64,000 bases of DNA from positions 5,704,001-5,768,000 of the forward strand of contig NW_025963802.1 in NCBI RefSeq assembly GCF_023055435.1. The letters are read 5' to 3'. This DNA comes from Haliotis rufescens. Lineage: Eukaryota. The notes beneath the pieces are model-generated. The model searched no databases and was not told the DNA's origin. It was given only the letters and a program-made list of their open reading frames with translations. Below, one piece after another: positions 26,621 through 39,149 of this stretch (positions are counted from its first letter, which is position 1; the number at the start of each line of letters is the position of its first letter). Position numbers and translations under genes: made by a program.

Positions 26621-26987
26621 CCGCGAGTACACAGCCAGTGTTTTGATGCGAAACGAATTGGCCGGTAGCTGCATATAACAACGGCATCAAAGATATACTT
26701 ACTTCTTTGAGTGGCATTTAGAAGTTGGAATGGTAACTAAGACAAAATTGTAATAAAGAAGTTGCTCATCCATTACAATTTTGTCTTAGTTAAAGATATA
26801 CTTGCTTGACAATAAACAATTAATGCTTTAAATAAAGAAAACATGATTAATCACATGCTTAGATTACCTCAATCTCATTAAAATCAGATACAAGTTCTCG
26901 CTATCTATAGGCTTAAAATGGTTGCAGTATAGAATAATACATACTATCCTTACAACTGGACAATTCCTTCCTGTGATTGGATATATA

Positions 26988-27135
26988 TAGAATACTAAAC
27001 GAGCTCCTGTGTAATACCAATTTTATGAAACGAGGTCATAGTTCTGGTATTTGACGAGCGAAATCGAGTCAGATACCAGAACTATTCGCGAGTTTTATAA
27101 AATTGGTATTACACGGGAGCGAGTTTAGTATTTTA
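26988..27135. repeat. ~150-bp imperfect palindrome
   Basis: AATACTAAAC..GCTCC.GTGTAATACCAATTTTAT.AAAC...ATAGTTCTGGTAT pairs with ATACCAGAACTAT...GTTTTATAAAATTGGTATTACACGGGAGCGAGTTTAGTATT. Confidence 0.85.
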
Positions 27136-28106
27136 TGTATTACTTGCCATATATAATTACTTCAATAATAATACTTCAAACACGTCAAATGTTGACACAT
27201 ATTAACTTAATACCATATAATTTTTTAATTTGGAGTTTACACGATATACGGCTTTTCCATTGGACGAGAGGTCGGTCACATGACCGCGAAATTGACGTTC
27301 ATAAGTGTATGAACGACACAATTTGATGTTCAAACGCTTTTCACGAGACCGTGTTCTTGAAATGACGTAAACACTGACGGACTACTTTCACATTCCTGGG
27401 GAAACCCCTGGGAATTCCCTAGCACGAAAACATACATAAGTGTTCTTTCTGATCATTTAGAACCTTTATTCTTGGTCTCAGCGTTTCAGTATACATTGAG
27501 AAATGTCAGAGAGCGTGACTGCATGATTGTTCACGAATATCCTAGCTACGGCCTATCCTAATGAACAAACGAAGAAATGCACATCTTAACTATCGTAGTA
27601 TCGACTCGATCCGTGTCTTCGGCTGACACTGACCGTCTCCAGCAATCTATGAATTTACCTTAGTGTCTGTTTGACGCATCTTTATTCACCTTTCAATGAT
27701 CGGCCAGTTGATCAATGATGACTAACACATGTAACCGCCACAGGTTCATTAACAACTTCGGAAATCTCTCCCGTGACGTTTATCGTGTCGGCCATTTTGA
27801 CGTCTTGTATTTGATGTAAATGCATTACGACGCGCTGTCATTGTGACTGACTTACTGAGGTAGTTCTTTACACACCTTTAATGAAGATATGATTTGAACA
27901 CATGTGCTGCGTAAGATGTTTCTGAAGAGCAAGTTGTGCATCCATACGCTCATGTCACCTCTCTTTTTGAGGAACTATTTTACTCCGCGATATAGCTGGT
28001 TGTTGTATGGCTGTCAGTGTAAACATGAAGTCACACGTACTAAATAAAATTGTGTTTATACATTGGCCTACATCCTTTGAGGTAAGAAATTGTGATAAAA
28101 AAATTA

Positions 28107-28276
28107 TAAGAATTGACTTTCACTTTGTGTGAGTTCATTGGAGTATGAACCTTCATAGAGTGAGGGCCAAACATTGTATGAACGTCGTCGCAAGCTCAGA
28201 CGTTCATGCAGTTTGGCCCTCACTCTATGAAGGTTCATACTCCAATGAACTCACACAAAGTGAAAGTCAATTCTTA
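28107..28276. repeat. 170-bp palindrome with ~66-bp perfect arms
   Basis: TAAGAATTGACTTTCACTTTGTGTGAGTTCATTGGAGTATGAACCTTCATAGAGTGAGGGCCAAAC and its exact reverse complement, plus an inner TGAACGTC/GACGTTCA stem. Confidence 0.95.
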
Positions 28277-28616
28277 AACAACGTCCCACCTTTAGAATTC
28301 AGGCGTCCGTTCCACAAAGTTTTCGCAGCGCTAAAGTTATCGTAACTCCTCACACACTTTACAATCACGTCACAATACTCCATGACGTGATTTTGTGGGA
28401 TTTTGTTGCAAGATCCTACCGGCGAAACAATGTCATGTGACGTCAGCCTAGCAACGGGGTTGCTGGGGTCATTGAGAGTGCATAAGCTCCTCTCAGTGAT
28501 CTATTATATCCTCCCGCAATGTCGTTGAATAAGCCAAGGGATGCTGAGAGCTTTCAATGTTTGTTGGCATAACTTGTTCCCGCAGTACATAAGCACGCGC
28601 TGTATGTTTATTAAGC

Positions 28617-28888
28617 TGGTTGGTTTGGTTGGTTTGTTGTTTAACGCCACACTCAGCAATATTCCAGCTACATGCCGGCGGTCTGTAAATAATCGAATCT
28701 GGACCAGACAATCCAGTGATTAATATCATGATCATCGATCCAAGCAATTGGGATCGATGACATGCTTCAACCAAGTCAGCGAGCCTGACCACCCGATCCC
28801 GTTAGTTGCCTTTTACGACAAGCATAGTCACCTTTTACGGCAAGCATGGGTTGCTGAAAACCTATTCTACCCCGGAATCTTCACGGGT
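28617..28888 (-). mobile_element. Short retroposon family B, full length
   Basis: Reverse-complement head ACCCGTGAAGATTCCGGGGTAGAATAGG, duplicated 22-bp module, conserved tail. Confidence 0.88.
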
Positions 28889-28924
28889 TTTATTATTAAG
28901 CAGGTGATCTCTTCACGGGCAAGT

Positions 28925-29545
28925 AATAAATTGACTCACATCTTGTGTCACAAAGAATCAGAAACTATTGATCATATATTTTGTAACTGTGAAATTGTTC
29001 TTAATGTATGGCAGGAATTGGAAACGCGGCTTCTTTCTGTACCATTATCTTTAAATTCTACAAAGCACAAGATCATACAGGGCATAAAAGGAAAAAACAA
29101 TAATTTTATGAATAAAATCAATGTATTAGTTAAGGAAATTATTTATGGATGCAGTAGAAAAGAAATAAAGCGAGAAATTATTCGATATTATGATATAACA
29201 AATGTATTTATTTTTCAACTGGAGCAGAAGAATGTTTGTTAAACTTTTGCAATTTAGAAATAGTGACTTTTAAGGTGTTAATGCCCTCTTACCTTTAGAT
29301 CTGTAAATGAGAATCTATAAATTAATCGTTAACAAGCAACTAGGACAATATAATATTGTGTAGAAAAATGAATATGTTTCGTGATTTATAAAGTAGAATC
29401 TGTACATTGAAAGCATAATGTGTTATATGTACTATGTTGTAATATTTACACACTGAATATGCCTTATATATGTCATTTAGTGATACTCCTGTTGCACAAT
29501 GCCTGTATTTGAAAATATGAAAAATAAAATTTTAACTTTTAAAAA
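28925..29545 (+). mobile_element. L1/Tx1-like LINE 3' end (zinc-finger C-terminus, AT-rich UTR, AATAAA)
   Basis: Peptide LCHKESETIDHIFCNCEIVLNVW matches the C..E.ET..H....C......W motif of L1/Tx1 ORF2. Confidence 0.65.
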
Positions 29546-30157
29546 AATGTGCCCAATGTATTAAACAGCATACACTAAGACTTACAATACTATTCAGGGT
29601 GCACGGTCTATTATATAGAGTGGGAAATCAGCATTCCAAAATATGGTGAACGTTTGTGCGTTATTTTTGAAAAACAATGACAGAGAAATATATTACGAAT
29701 CAAAACATTTCTACACATATATTCATTCCGATGTCAATTTATACATACATTTATGTAATTACCGATACAAATATTTCCCAATTCAAAATGATTTTCCTCT
29801 TCAGGCAAAAGTGTCATCACACGTGATGGCATATTCAGTAACACTGAACTATTTCGATCGCAACAAGACACGTTTTATGTACATCGTTAACGTATTCTCA
29901 CAGACCAACCCGCTACAAGCACCAGTAATCTGTATTGAGCGGTCCCCACAAGCCCCGTGCGGAAACATGTGTTTGGATGGCGACACATTGGGCTCTCCGT
30001 GCCGCAGGTTGTGCTGTCGTATGCTGGTGTGTCGGTACCTCGTGATCTTACAGGAGGCGCCCTAGGTGTACATGTGTCTGCTTAACGCTGTCTTGTGATT
30101 ACAATACAATTGGTTATTCTTATTGTATGAGAAGCGAGTAGCCGTAGTGGAAGTAAG

Positions 30158-30422
30158 TTGGTTGGTTTGTTTGTTGTTTTACGCCGCACTCAGCAATATT
30201 CCAGCTATATGACGGCGGTCTGTACATAATCGAGTCTGGACCAGAGAATCCAGTGATTGAAATCATGAGCATCGATCCACGCAATTGGGCTCGATGACAT
30301 GCTTCAACCAAGTCAGCGAGCCTGATCACCCGATCCCGTTAGTCGCCTTCTACAAGCGTAGTCGCCTTAATACGGCAAGCATGGGTTGCTGAAGACCTAT
30401 TCTACCCCGGATCTTAACGGAT
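30158..30422 (-). mobile_element. Short retroposon family B, full length
   Basis: Same head, body and tail as 28617-28888. Confidence 0.88.
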
Positions 30423-30849
30423 CTGGAATTAAGTAGTTGTTACAACTTTCGCTCGTCATGCCGAAGAACCTGTTTCGATTTCCCGAACAGGTAGTATGTC
30501 AATCTGTCTCACAGTCCCTGAACCATATTATTTGCCCTTCCGCCCAGCCCTTTCTGTAACGCAAAACCCCCAAATAAAGCAAGTCTAGATCTCCCATCTT
30601 ATTGAGTCTCCTTTCCAATTTAAATGAAGTTATTGGAATCTATCAAAATTATATTTTTTCAGAGACTAAGCTTAGTTTAGTAGAATGTGTGAAGCCCATG
30701 TTAGTGTCCCCTGTCGTGAAATATACAAGCGGCGTAAAACTATACTCACTTACTCTTACATTATTGTGAAGGATGGATAAGTGAGTGATATATAAAAGCG
30801 GCGTAAAACAATACTCACTTACTCTTACATTATTCTGAAGGATGAAGGA

Positions 30850-33800
30850 GTGAGTGAGTTGGGTTTAACGCCGCTTTCAACAGTATTTTAGTTACATCGT
30901 GGCGTGTCAGCTCTGTGTGGGAGGAACATCAGAAGAGATGCAAGTCTTAGACGTTTACCGCTTTCGAGGAACCAAACAGCACATCGATGGTGCTGGTAGA
31001 CCTAGAACCAAGATCAGGTCGTCTATCGTTTTGCGTGTTTGTTTGTTTGTTGCTTAACACCGTACCCTGCAATAGCCCATCTTCATAATGGTGGTCTGTA
31101 CACAATCCAGTCTGGACCAGACAATCCAGTAATTTTCACCATGAGCATCGATCTACGCAGCTGGGACACGATGACAAGCGATGAGCGAGCCTGACCACCC
31201 AATTCCGTTCTAGCCCGGATCTTCACGGATGAATTTCGTTTGGGAATCTTCGATCGAGGGATTCTGCCTAAGGGACGCAACAATAAGCACGGAATTGCAG
31301 CGACTTAGTCAACTGGCTCCCTTAAGATAACACAAGAGTATTTTTGACTGTATGGAAAGGGATAGCATTCGGTACCACTCGGGTTACTCCGATACCTACA
31401 TTATACTTCGGGCAGTAATATTGTAGGATTTAGCTGTAAACCACACGCGAGTAGTTCGTACAACAGCTGGTTTTCAGAAAACAGAATTATGGTTAATAAA
31501 ACAAATTATGTAATTTTATATCGAGCAACATTCATATCAGGGTCATGACTGACGCCATTTTGTGCTGTGTTATGTGATAGGCACGTGAACTAGAGAAACT
31601 TGTCGATTGAGTTCCAACATGGATTCCTCCCAATACAGACCGAGGTGAGCTCCAAAAGGGTCAATTCGGATAAAGTTGGTATTCCTTACCCAGTACAAGT
31701 TATGTGTGCAGCAGGTCTACAAAACGTTTTAACATCTAAATCCTTTTCAGTTTTTGTTTTGTTCCTTTTTTTACTTAAACTTGACATCTAATAACCAAAA
31801 AATAGGACAGACAAATTCTCAAAGAACCTTCCCTCCCACCTCATCTCATTTGTCTTTCTGCAAGTAACCCAATCTTCCCACACAATTCCACTAACGCTTG
31901 GAGGGGACATTAGTTCGTGTTTCAACCGTGACCAGCACGTTCGGGGCGAAACTCAGTAGCAGGCCTACTACTACTACTACTACCACTTCCACAACCACCA
32001 CTACTACTACCACCACAACCATTACTACTACTACTGCGTCNNNNNNNNNNNNNNNNNNNNNNNNNNNNNNNNNNNNNNNNNNNNNNNNNNNNNNNNNNNN
32101 NNNNNNNNNNNNNNNNNNNNNNNNNNNNNNNNNNNNNNNNNNNNNNNNNNNNNNNNNNNNNNNNNNNNNNNNNNNNNNNNNNNNNNNNNNNNNNNNNNNN
32201 NNNNNNNNNNNNNNNNNNNNNNNNNNNNNNNNNNNNNNNNNNNNNNNNNNNNTCACTACTACCACAAACACAATACCGCCACAACTATCATAACTACAAC
32301 TGCCGCCGCTTGCAGCAGTATTACAGAAACATCACGGGGTGTCAGCTGAATGTGGGAGGAACGTCCGATGCCATGCCAGTCTCAGACGTTAACAACTTTG
32401 GTGAAACCAAACAGCACGCCGATGCTGCTGGCAAACCTAGACCCAAGATCAGGACGAATTGCGTTTCATTTGTTTGTTATTTTTGTTGTTGTTGCTCAAC
32501 GCCGCATTCAGCAGTGATCCAGCTATATGACGGCGATCTGTAAATAATTGAGTCTGGGCCAGACAATCCCGTGACTGACATCATGAGCATCGCTCCATGC
32601 AAGTGGGGTACAATGACATGCATGAACTAAGTCAGCGAGCCTGAACACCCGTTCGTTAGTCGTTTCTTATGAGAATCAATTCTAACTTGGATCTTCAAGG
32701 AGGACATTCGTTTGGAATTCACGAGCATTCTCGTAGCATTCTGGCACGCCTTATAAGGAACGCAACGCAAGGCAGGGAGAAGCCGCGACTAAGCTGGGCC
32801 ACACGTAACCCTAGATACGATAGGAGTATGTCATATAACTGTATTTTGTATTTTTGTATTTTCTTGCTTAACTCCGCACCCTGCAATATTCCATCTTCAT
32901 AATGGCGGTCTGTACAAAATCGAGTCTGGACCAGACAATCCAGTGATTGACATCAACTACGCAACTGGGATACAATGACAAGCGATGAGCGAGCCTGACC
33001 ACCCAATTCCGTTCTAGCCCGGATCTTCACGGGTGAATTTCGTTTTGGAATCCTCGATCAAGTGATTCTGCCTAAGGGACGCAACAATAAGCACGGAATT
33101 GCAGCGACTTAGTCAGCTGGGTCCCTTACATAAGATTTTTTTGACTGTATGGAATGGTTATAGCATTCGGATCATCTCGGGTTATTCCGACACCTATATT
33201 ATATTTCCGGCCGTAATATTGTAGGATTTCACGAAATATCGCACACATGATAGTTAGTAGAACACTTTGGTCAATTTTCAGAAAAGTAATTATGGTTAAT
33301 AAAACAAAGTATATACTTTTTATTTCGAGCAACATATTTTTGTGTGTTGTGTGATAGGCACGTGAACTGGTGAAACTTGTCAATTCATTTCCAATATGGA
33401 TTCCTCTTAATACAGGCTGAGATGACATATGGGATTGGCAGGAGGGACATATAAAAGGGTTTATTCTTCCAAGAACTCCAAAACGGTTAATTCGGATAAA
33501 GCTGGTCTCCCCGATCCTGTGCGACTATGAATGAGTGTGTGCGTGAGTTGGATTGTAGCCGCTTTTAGCAATATTTCACGGTGTGAAATGGGCTTCACAC
33601 ATTGTACCCATGTGTTGAATCGAACCCAGGCCTTCGGCGTGACGAGAGAACGCTTTAACCGCTTGGCTACCACAAACCCCAGGACAGCTTGTGAGTACAG
33701 CAAGTCTACATCATAATCCATTTCAGGTTATTTTTACTTTCGTTTTATTACAAATATTTGTCAACTCTTCAAATTCTTAACCACCCTCTCCTCCCCCTCA

Positions 33801-33935
33801 CACTTTTCTCTCTGTAGGTAACTGAAATCTTCCCACGCAATTCCACTTCTACATCAGTTCGTGTTTCCACACGCTGCTTGTTAGGTGACCATCACGTTGC
33901 GGCCAGCGTGCTGGGTGAGACTCAGTACCAGTGGC
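30850..33935. repeat. Local segmental duplication of a SINE-D/SINE-B nested unit plus flank
   Basis: 31050-31960 aligns with 32865-33935, including the same internally deleted B copy; 30850-31330 also resembles 32310-32810. Confidence 0.75.
33530..33672 (-). mobile_element. SINE family A copy
   Basis: GCCGCTTTTAGCAATATT...GAAATGGGCTTCACACATTGTACCCATG...AATCGAACCC...CTTTAACC. Confidence 0.8.
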
Positions 33936-34339
33936 TTGACGTGTTTAATAGGAAACGTGTTTGTTTATCCCTGCTGTCTCATTCACTCGGATGAATTTGA
34001 TTGTTCCTTGATGTTTTATATCAGTGGTTACCATGACATCCGTCTCGGGCGGAAAGGAAGATGAGTATGTAATTGTATCTCATATAATTACCATTGTATA
34101 ACACTCATAGAACCGCAGGAGAAAAGTCACGCTCGCGGGCATGAGCAGTAAATGATTAATTTACGCCAGCTGTGACAACAAGCTGTAAGAATTCTTTTAA
34201 AAACATTAAACAACATCCGCTCGCGAGTTTGCAAATGTGCGAAGACAGCAAAGCAAATAAAACAGGTAAATACTCCTTAATTACTAGTTTGTAAAAAACA
34301 ACAACGTAGAGATTTGATCATTAAAATTTTGCTATAAAA

Positions 34340-34643
34340 AACAAGTACATCCTCTAGCGGAGATAGTTCATGTTATAACAAAACAAAGTATATCCCTAAG
34401 TGGAGATAATTCATGTTATAACAAAAAAAAGTATATCCCCAAATGGAGATAATTCATGTTATAACAAAACAAAGTATATCCCTAAGTGGAGATAATTCAT
34501 GTTATAACAAAACAAAGTATATCCCTAAGTGGAGATAATTCATGTTATAACAAAACAAAGTATATCCCTAAGTGGAGATAATTCATGTTATAACAAAACA
34601 AAGTATATCCCTAAGTGGAGATAATTCATGTTATAACAAAACA
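34340..34643. repeat. 43-bp minisatellite (AAGTATATCCCTAAGTGGAGATAATTCATGTTATAACAAAACA), ~7 copies
   Basis: Direct tandem repeat without variable spacers. Confidence 0.95.
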
Positions 34644-35029
34644 GGTATATGCCGAAACAGCGCACGATCGGTGCCAAGCAGTGCACGAAATACACATCGG
34701 CCCGTAGGCCCGAGGCCGACAGATTTATTCTCGGGCTGATTTTAAATTTCAGCAGGCCTACAGTTTATTTATGTAATTATCTATTTAGCATTATTCAAGT
34801 AATGTGATAAACATAACTTTCATATATATAAATAGTAGGATTAGACCTTTCATATGACATGTAGTCGCAAGGAGTTTTACAAGTAAAATGGCCTCGCCAA
34901 GTGATTACGATCTGATCGATAATCAAGATCTATATTGTGATAATACGGGTCTTTCTTCTTTATTCTTTATATAGATACGTAACTGGGTCTATGTTCACCA
35001 CGTTTTGTAACAAAAGCCCAAACGATCAA

Positions 35030-35109
35030 GGTGAGTTGGGGTGAAATTGGGTTTAATGTCGCGTCCAAGATTATTGCACTTATATAGCGACGTCCATGCA
35101 CATGTGTGT

Positions 35110-35172
<63 letters not shown>

Positions 35173-35443
35173 GCTGCTTGTACTAGTCCGGACTGATGCC
35201 GATTAATAGTGCTAGCCAACTGAGATACCATGCCGCAGTTTAACATGAATACCCCACTCAGACACAATATACTGACTCCGAGCCGACCAGTGCTTGTTTT
35301 AGCCCCTTAATGCCGAGCGCCAGACAGGGTAACAACAAGTACCATCTTTTAACGAACGTCTTTTGGTATGAAGCGGCCGGGGATCGAACCCCGGACCTCC
35401 CGCTCTCCGGGCGGACGCTCTACCACAAGACCATGGAGGCGGT
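35030..35443 (-). mobile_element. SINE family C, full length
   Basis: Reverse-complement tRNA head (GCCTCCATGGTCTTGTGGTAGAGCG...GGTTCGATCCCC), Meta-like core and internal (CA)n; homologous to 19627-20110. Confidence 0.85.
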
Positions 35444-35449
35444 CCCAAA

Positions 35450-36200
35450 GGATCAAGTGTCGTGCATCCGAGCACCGTGTTTTCATCAAGGAATGAAGTT
35501 TTTCCTTAAGTTTGTCATGTGAGATGGTGGTGTACAAACTTGAAAAATCAAATGTTTGGCAGAATGAACTTGTTTCTTTTCTGAAATTGCAAAAAGTCAA
35601 GCAAATCCTTTGAGCTCTTGAGTGAGTGAGTATAGTTTTCCGCCGCTTTTAGCAATATTCCAGCAATATCACGGCGGGGGACACCAGAAATGGGCTTCAC
35701 ACATTGTACCCATGTCGGGAATCGAACCCGGGTCGTCGGCGTGACGAGCGAACGCTTTAACCACTAGGCTACCCGACCGCCCGTGACCTCTTGAGAATCC
35801 ACATGGTATTAATTCCACTTTCTGTGAATATATAGAAAGTCCCACCTTGATTGTATTAAGGATTATGGTTAGTCTTTGAGACAGGGATTTGGTGGTACAC
35901 TTGCTGGACCTAGCACTACATCTGTCTGTGTACGCATTTTTATGCATCTTTGGAATCCAGTACAAAAGAGGAATGGTCTTCAGGTTTGGAGGAAAAAATG
36001 TCTGTTGACGCTAAGTAGTCGGTACACATGCTTTGCAAATCCTACTATCGTCCGAAATCTGCACGGCACTTTACGAACTGGATGTTGATTTCGTTACGCG
36101 TTTTTGATTGGACTATGCATAGACTCGTTAGTCCAGCCAAAATGTAACTCCATAATTACAGCCTAGTTCGTCAAGGGTGGAAGCTAGACTTTTATTGTCA
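35450..36200 (-). mobile_element. Penelope-like (Naiad-like) RT N-terminal fragment, interrupted by SINE A
   Basis: Peptides YWIPKMHK...SSKCTTKSLS and TFDFSSLYTTISHDKLKEKL (PLE RT motifs). Confidence 0.75.
35620..35782 (-). mobile_element. SINE family A, full length
   Basis: Near-identical to 20653-20817; TSD CTCTTGAG. Confidence 0.9.
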
Positions 36201-37424
36201 GTAAGTTCCCTTGCCTCGGGAAGATGTTGATGTATTAATTCACCACATTGGTGCAACGTGATATTGCTGATTATTGCCAAAAGCGACCTTATACACTCAG
36301 TACTCAAGCAAGGTGAGGGAACTTTTACAATGAATAAACCATTATGCCTCACTTTAAAGTTTGAATCCCACTGATATCTTTCTTGTAAGTAATCCATCAA
36401 TAGCCTCCTATGTGTACAGCCTCTCGAGATTGACCATATTTCAGAATAAAATTATTGTGGTAATTACAACTTATGTGAAACACCAATCCAAGACATCAGT
36501 CTTTGCAGTCATCATCATCTGTCACAGTGACAACGACGTGACAACGACGTTTCCTGCCTGCATCTGCTACATTAGTCCTCCTACCCATTTCTGTAAACGG
36601 AAATCACGAAATGATAATTTAATGCCATGTCACAATTACACCAAAAGTAATTACATGAGCACTATAAAAATGTGTTGAGATCGTAAACACAAACCTAAAC
36701 AGGTACATATTTATGTTCTCTGCTTCGCAGCATTTATTCAGCTTATGAAGGAGTAAGTACACGTATACTTAGGAAACGTTGTGTTCCTCATAATAAAGAA
36801 GTTGACATCCATAAATTCTCTCCCTTATGTGTCATATACATACAGCTATTGTCTTTGTCAGATACAATCATCTAGCTTTATATCACAAGCAGGAAAAGAT
36901 TGATTAGTACATATATTAAGAGTCTTTAAATTGATCGTCTAGCCAAACCATGTTCAATTCAGAAAAACAGACATTAAACATGAAAATGATGTTTTCACTT
37001 CTATGTGGTTACTTAATTGTTCATTAGTCGTTTGTTGTGGATTGCCGGAAAATTATATTTAGAATTATCATATTTGGGGGTGTAAGGCATATAAATAATA
37101 TTATATATTGATAATGAAAAGGCTAAACACATAGAACCACGAAACTAATGTAGTTACAAACAAGTAAAGGAAGTACTTCAAACAACACATCATTAATTAA
37201 CTAATAAAACTGAAAAAAATCGCATCGAAATGGTTTAAAATACGAGTTTGAAATATTATTACCCCTTCCTCGACCGTTTCGGCATAAATAACGTAAAAGG
37301 AGTTTCTCTATACGACATCTTTTATGCTATATACTCTAACACGGCTGGAGGCTGGAGCGGGGGTGGGGTGGGGTGTGTGTAGGTGTGTGTGTGTGGGTGT
37401 GTGGGTGTGGGTGTGGGTGTGTGT

Positions 37425-37455
<31 letters not shown>

Positions 37456-38671
37456 GGGGGTCTGTCTACGCAAACGTACCTATGGAACTAGCCTGAAGCC
37501 TGAGTGGCACATGCATCTTGGAGCCTCGCATTGTTTTGCATTGGAATAGTTTAAAATACGGATTTGATTTATTATTTTCTCCTTCCTTAACCATAAGACA
37601 TAATCTAACGTCAAAATACATTGCCAGTCATTGGGTACAGTGCATATGCACTTGGTTGTTACAATCAGCAGTCCCCGTTATTTGATCAGGCCGGATGTCG
37701 TATTTTTAGGAGTGTATTGTATATTGTTCGTCAGACAAAATATGACAAGCTAATAACATATTTTTCTTCTTCGGTACCAAAACAACAGAGACATGATGAT
37801 TTCCCTAGAAACGGTGCAGCCTGGCTCAATTAGAACCAAAGGGTTTGGCAATAACATTGTGGTCATATACAGTCATCTTCCGTGAACAAACATTTAATCG
37901 ACTTAGAAATCATATAAGTGTATAACTAACACTTCTGGCAAACACTGGTTGTATCCTTATTATATTTAAAAGAGCAGAACATTAAAAGAATATTTTAATT
38001 ATCTCAAGAAATCGGCGTGAGGGTTCTGTGGACAGCTGGTGAGATGGGGGCGTGTTGGCTTCCCTGTAACTACAGCCTGGGAATACGCGATCTAGCGAGG
38101 GAGACTTGCCGCAAGTCTATGTAACCCAACTCTCTTCTTTGTTCACGCTGACTGGCACTTCCTGTTGCACACTGCACATCGGAGTCTTCCTTAGACTAGC
38201 ATCTAGTCTCTGAAATGAACATATGTTACAGAAAAAGCAGTTGTTAAATTATCATAATAAAATTTAATAAAAAGGAGCTCAGAGATTCTCTTCATTACTG
38301 CAGTAATCTGGACTGGCCCACTGGTATAGACTTGCATGGGCTGGAGTGGATATATTTGTTTCAGGGTCTGTGTGGCGGACTAGTGCCTTCCCCAACTGCT
38401 CTAGGTTATCACAGCCCTCACAACGGTTGTCTGAATCGACGACGTTCAATAAAGATTCACATTACATTACTTCCAATATCAGATATCAAAGCTAATTTAT
38501 TTGTGTGTAGTTGAAAATCCCCGTACACAAGACAGGAATCATAGCTGCTCGTGTCATTCCGAGACAAGGCTCCCCGTGTGTTGATACGGAAAGATGCCAG
38601 TGGTAGCGATGCGTTACAGTCAAAGGGAGGTAATTTGCAGAAACTTTGCCGTCGCTTGCCCAAATGTTTAA

Positions 38672-38937
38672 GTTTGTTTGTTTGTTGTTTAACGCCGCAC
38701 TCAGCAATATTCCAGCTATATGACGGCGGTCTGTAAATAATCGAGTCTGGACCAGGCAATCCAGTGATTGACAGCATGAACATCGATCCATGCAATTGGG
38801 ATCGATGACATGTATCAACCTAGTCAGCGAGCCTGACCACCCGATCCCGTTAGTCGCCTTTTACGACAAGCATAGTCGCCTTTTACGGCAAGCATGGGTT
38901 GCTGAAGACCTATTCTACCCCGAAATCTTCACGGGTA
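38672..38937 (-). mobile_element. Short retroposon family B, full length
   Basis: Reverse-complement head ACCCGTGAAGATTTCGGGGTAGAATAGGTCTTCAGCAACCC, duplicated 22-bp module, conserved tail. Confidence 0.88.
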
Positions 38938-39149
38938 AAATAATGCTGAAACCGGAGCTGAAACAACCTCACTCCTTTATGGGTTGTTCACATAAGTAAA
39001 AAATGTTGTGCAATGCGTCCGTAAAATCCTTCTTTACACGTCCTTCCACACTGACGTCCTGTTTATTTGTAGTTGTTGTTTAAAAAAATATATATTTCGC
39101 TCGCCCTTTCTGTACCTCAGCATGTGGACCAAAAAGTGGATCAACTTCA

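Noticed and set aside
34340-34643. 43-bp repeats (also the 19-, 24- and 27-bp arrays) as a CRISPR array
   Set aside because: Head-to-tail repeats with no unique spacers, no cas genes, and a eukaryotic context.
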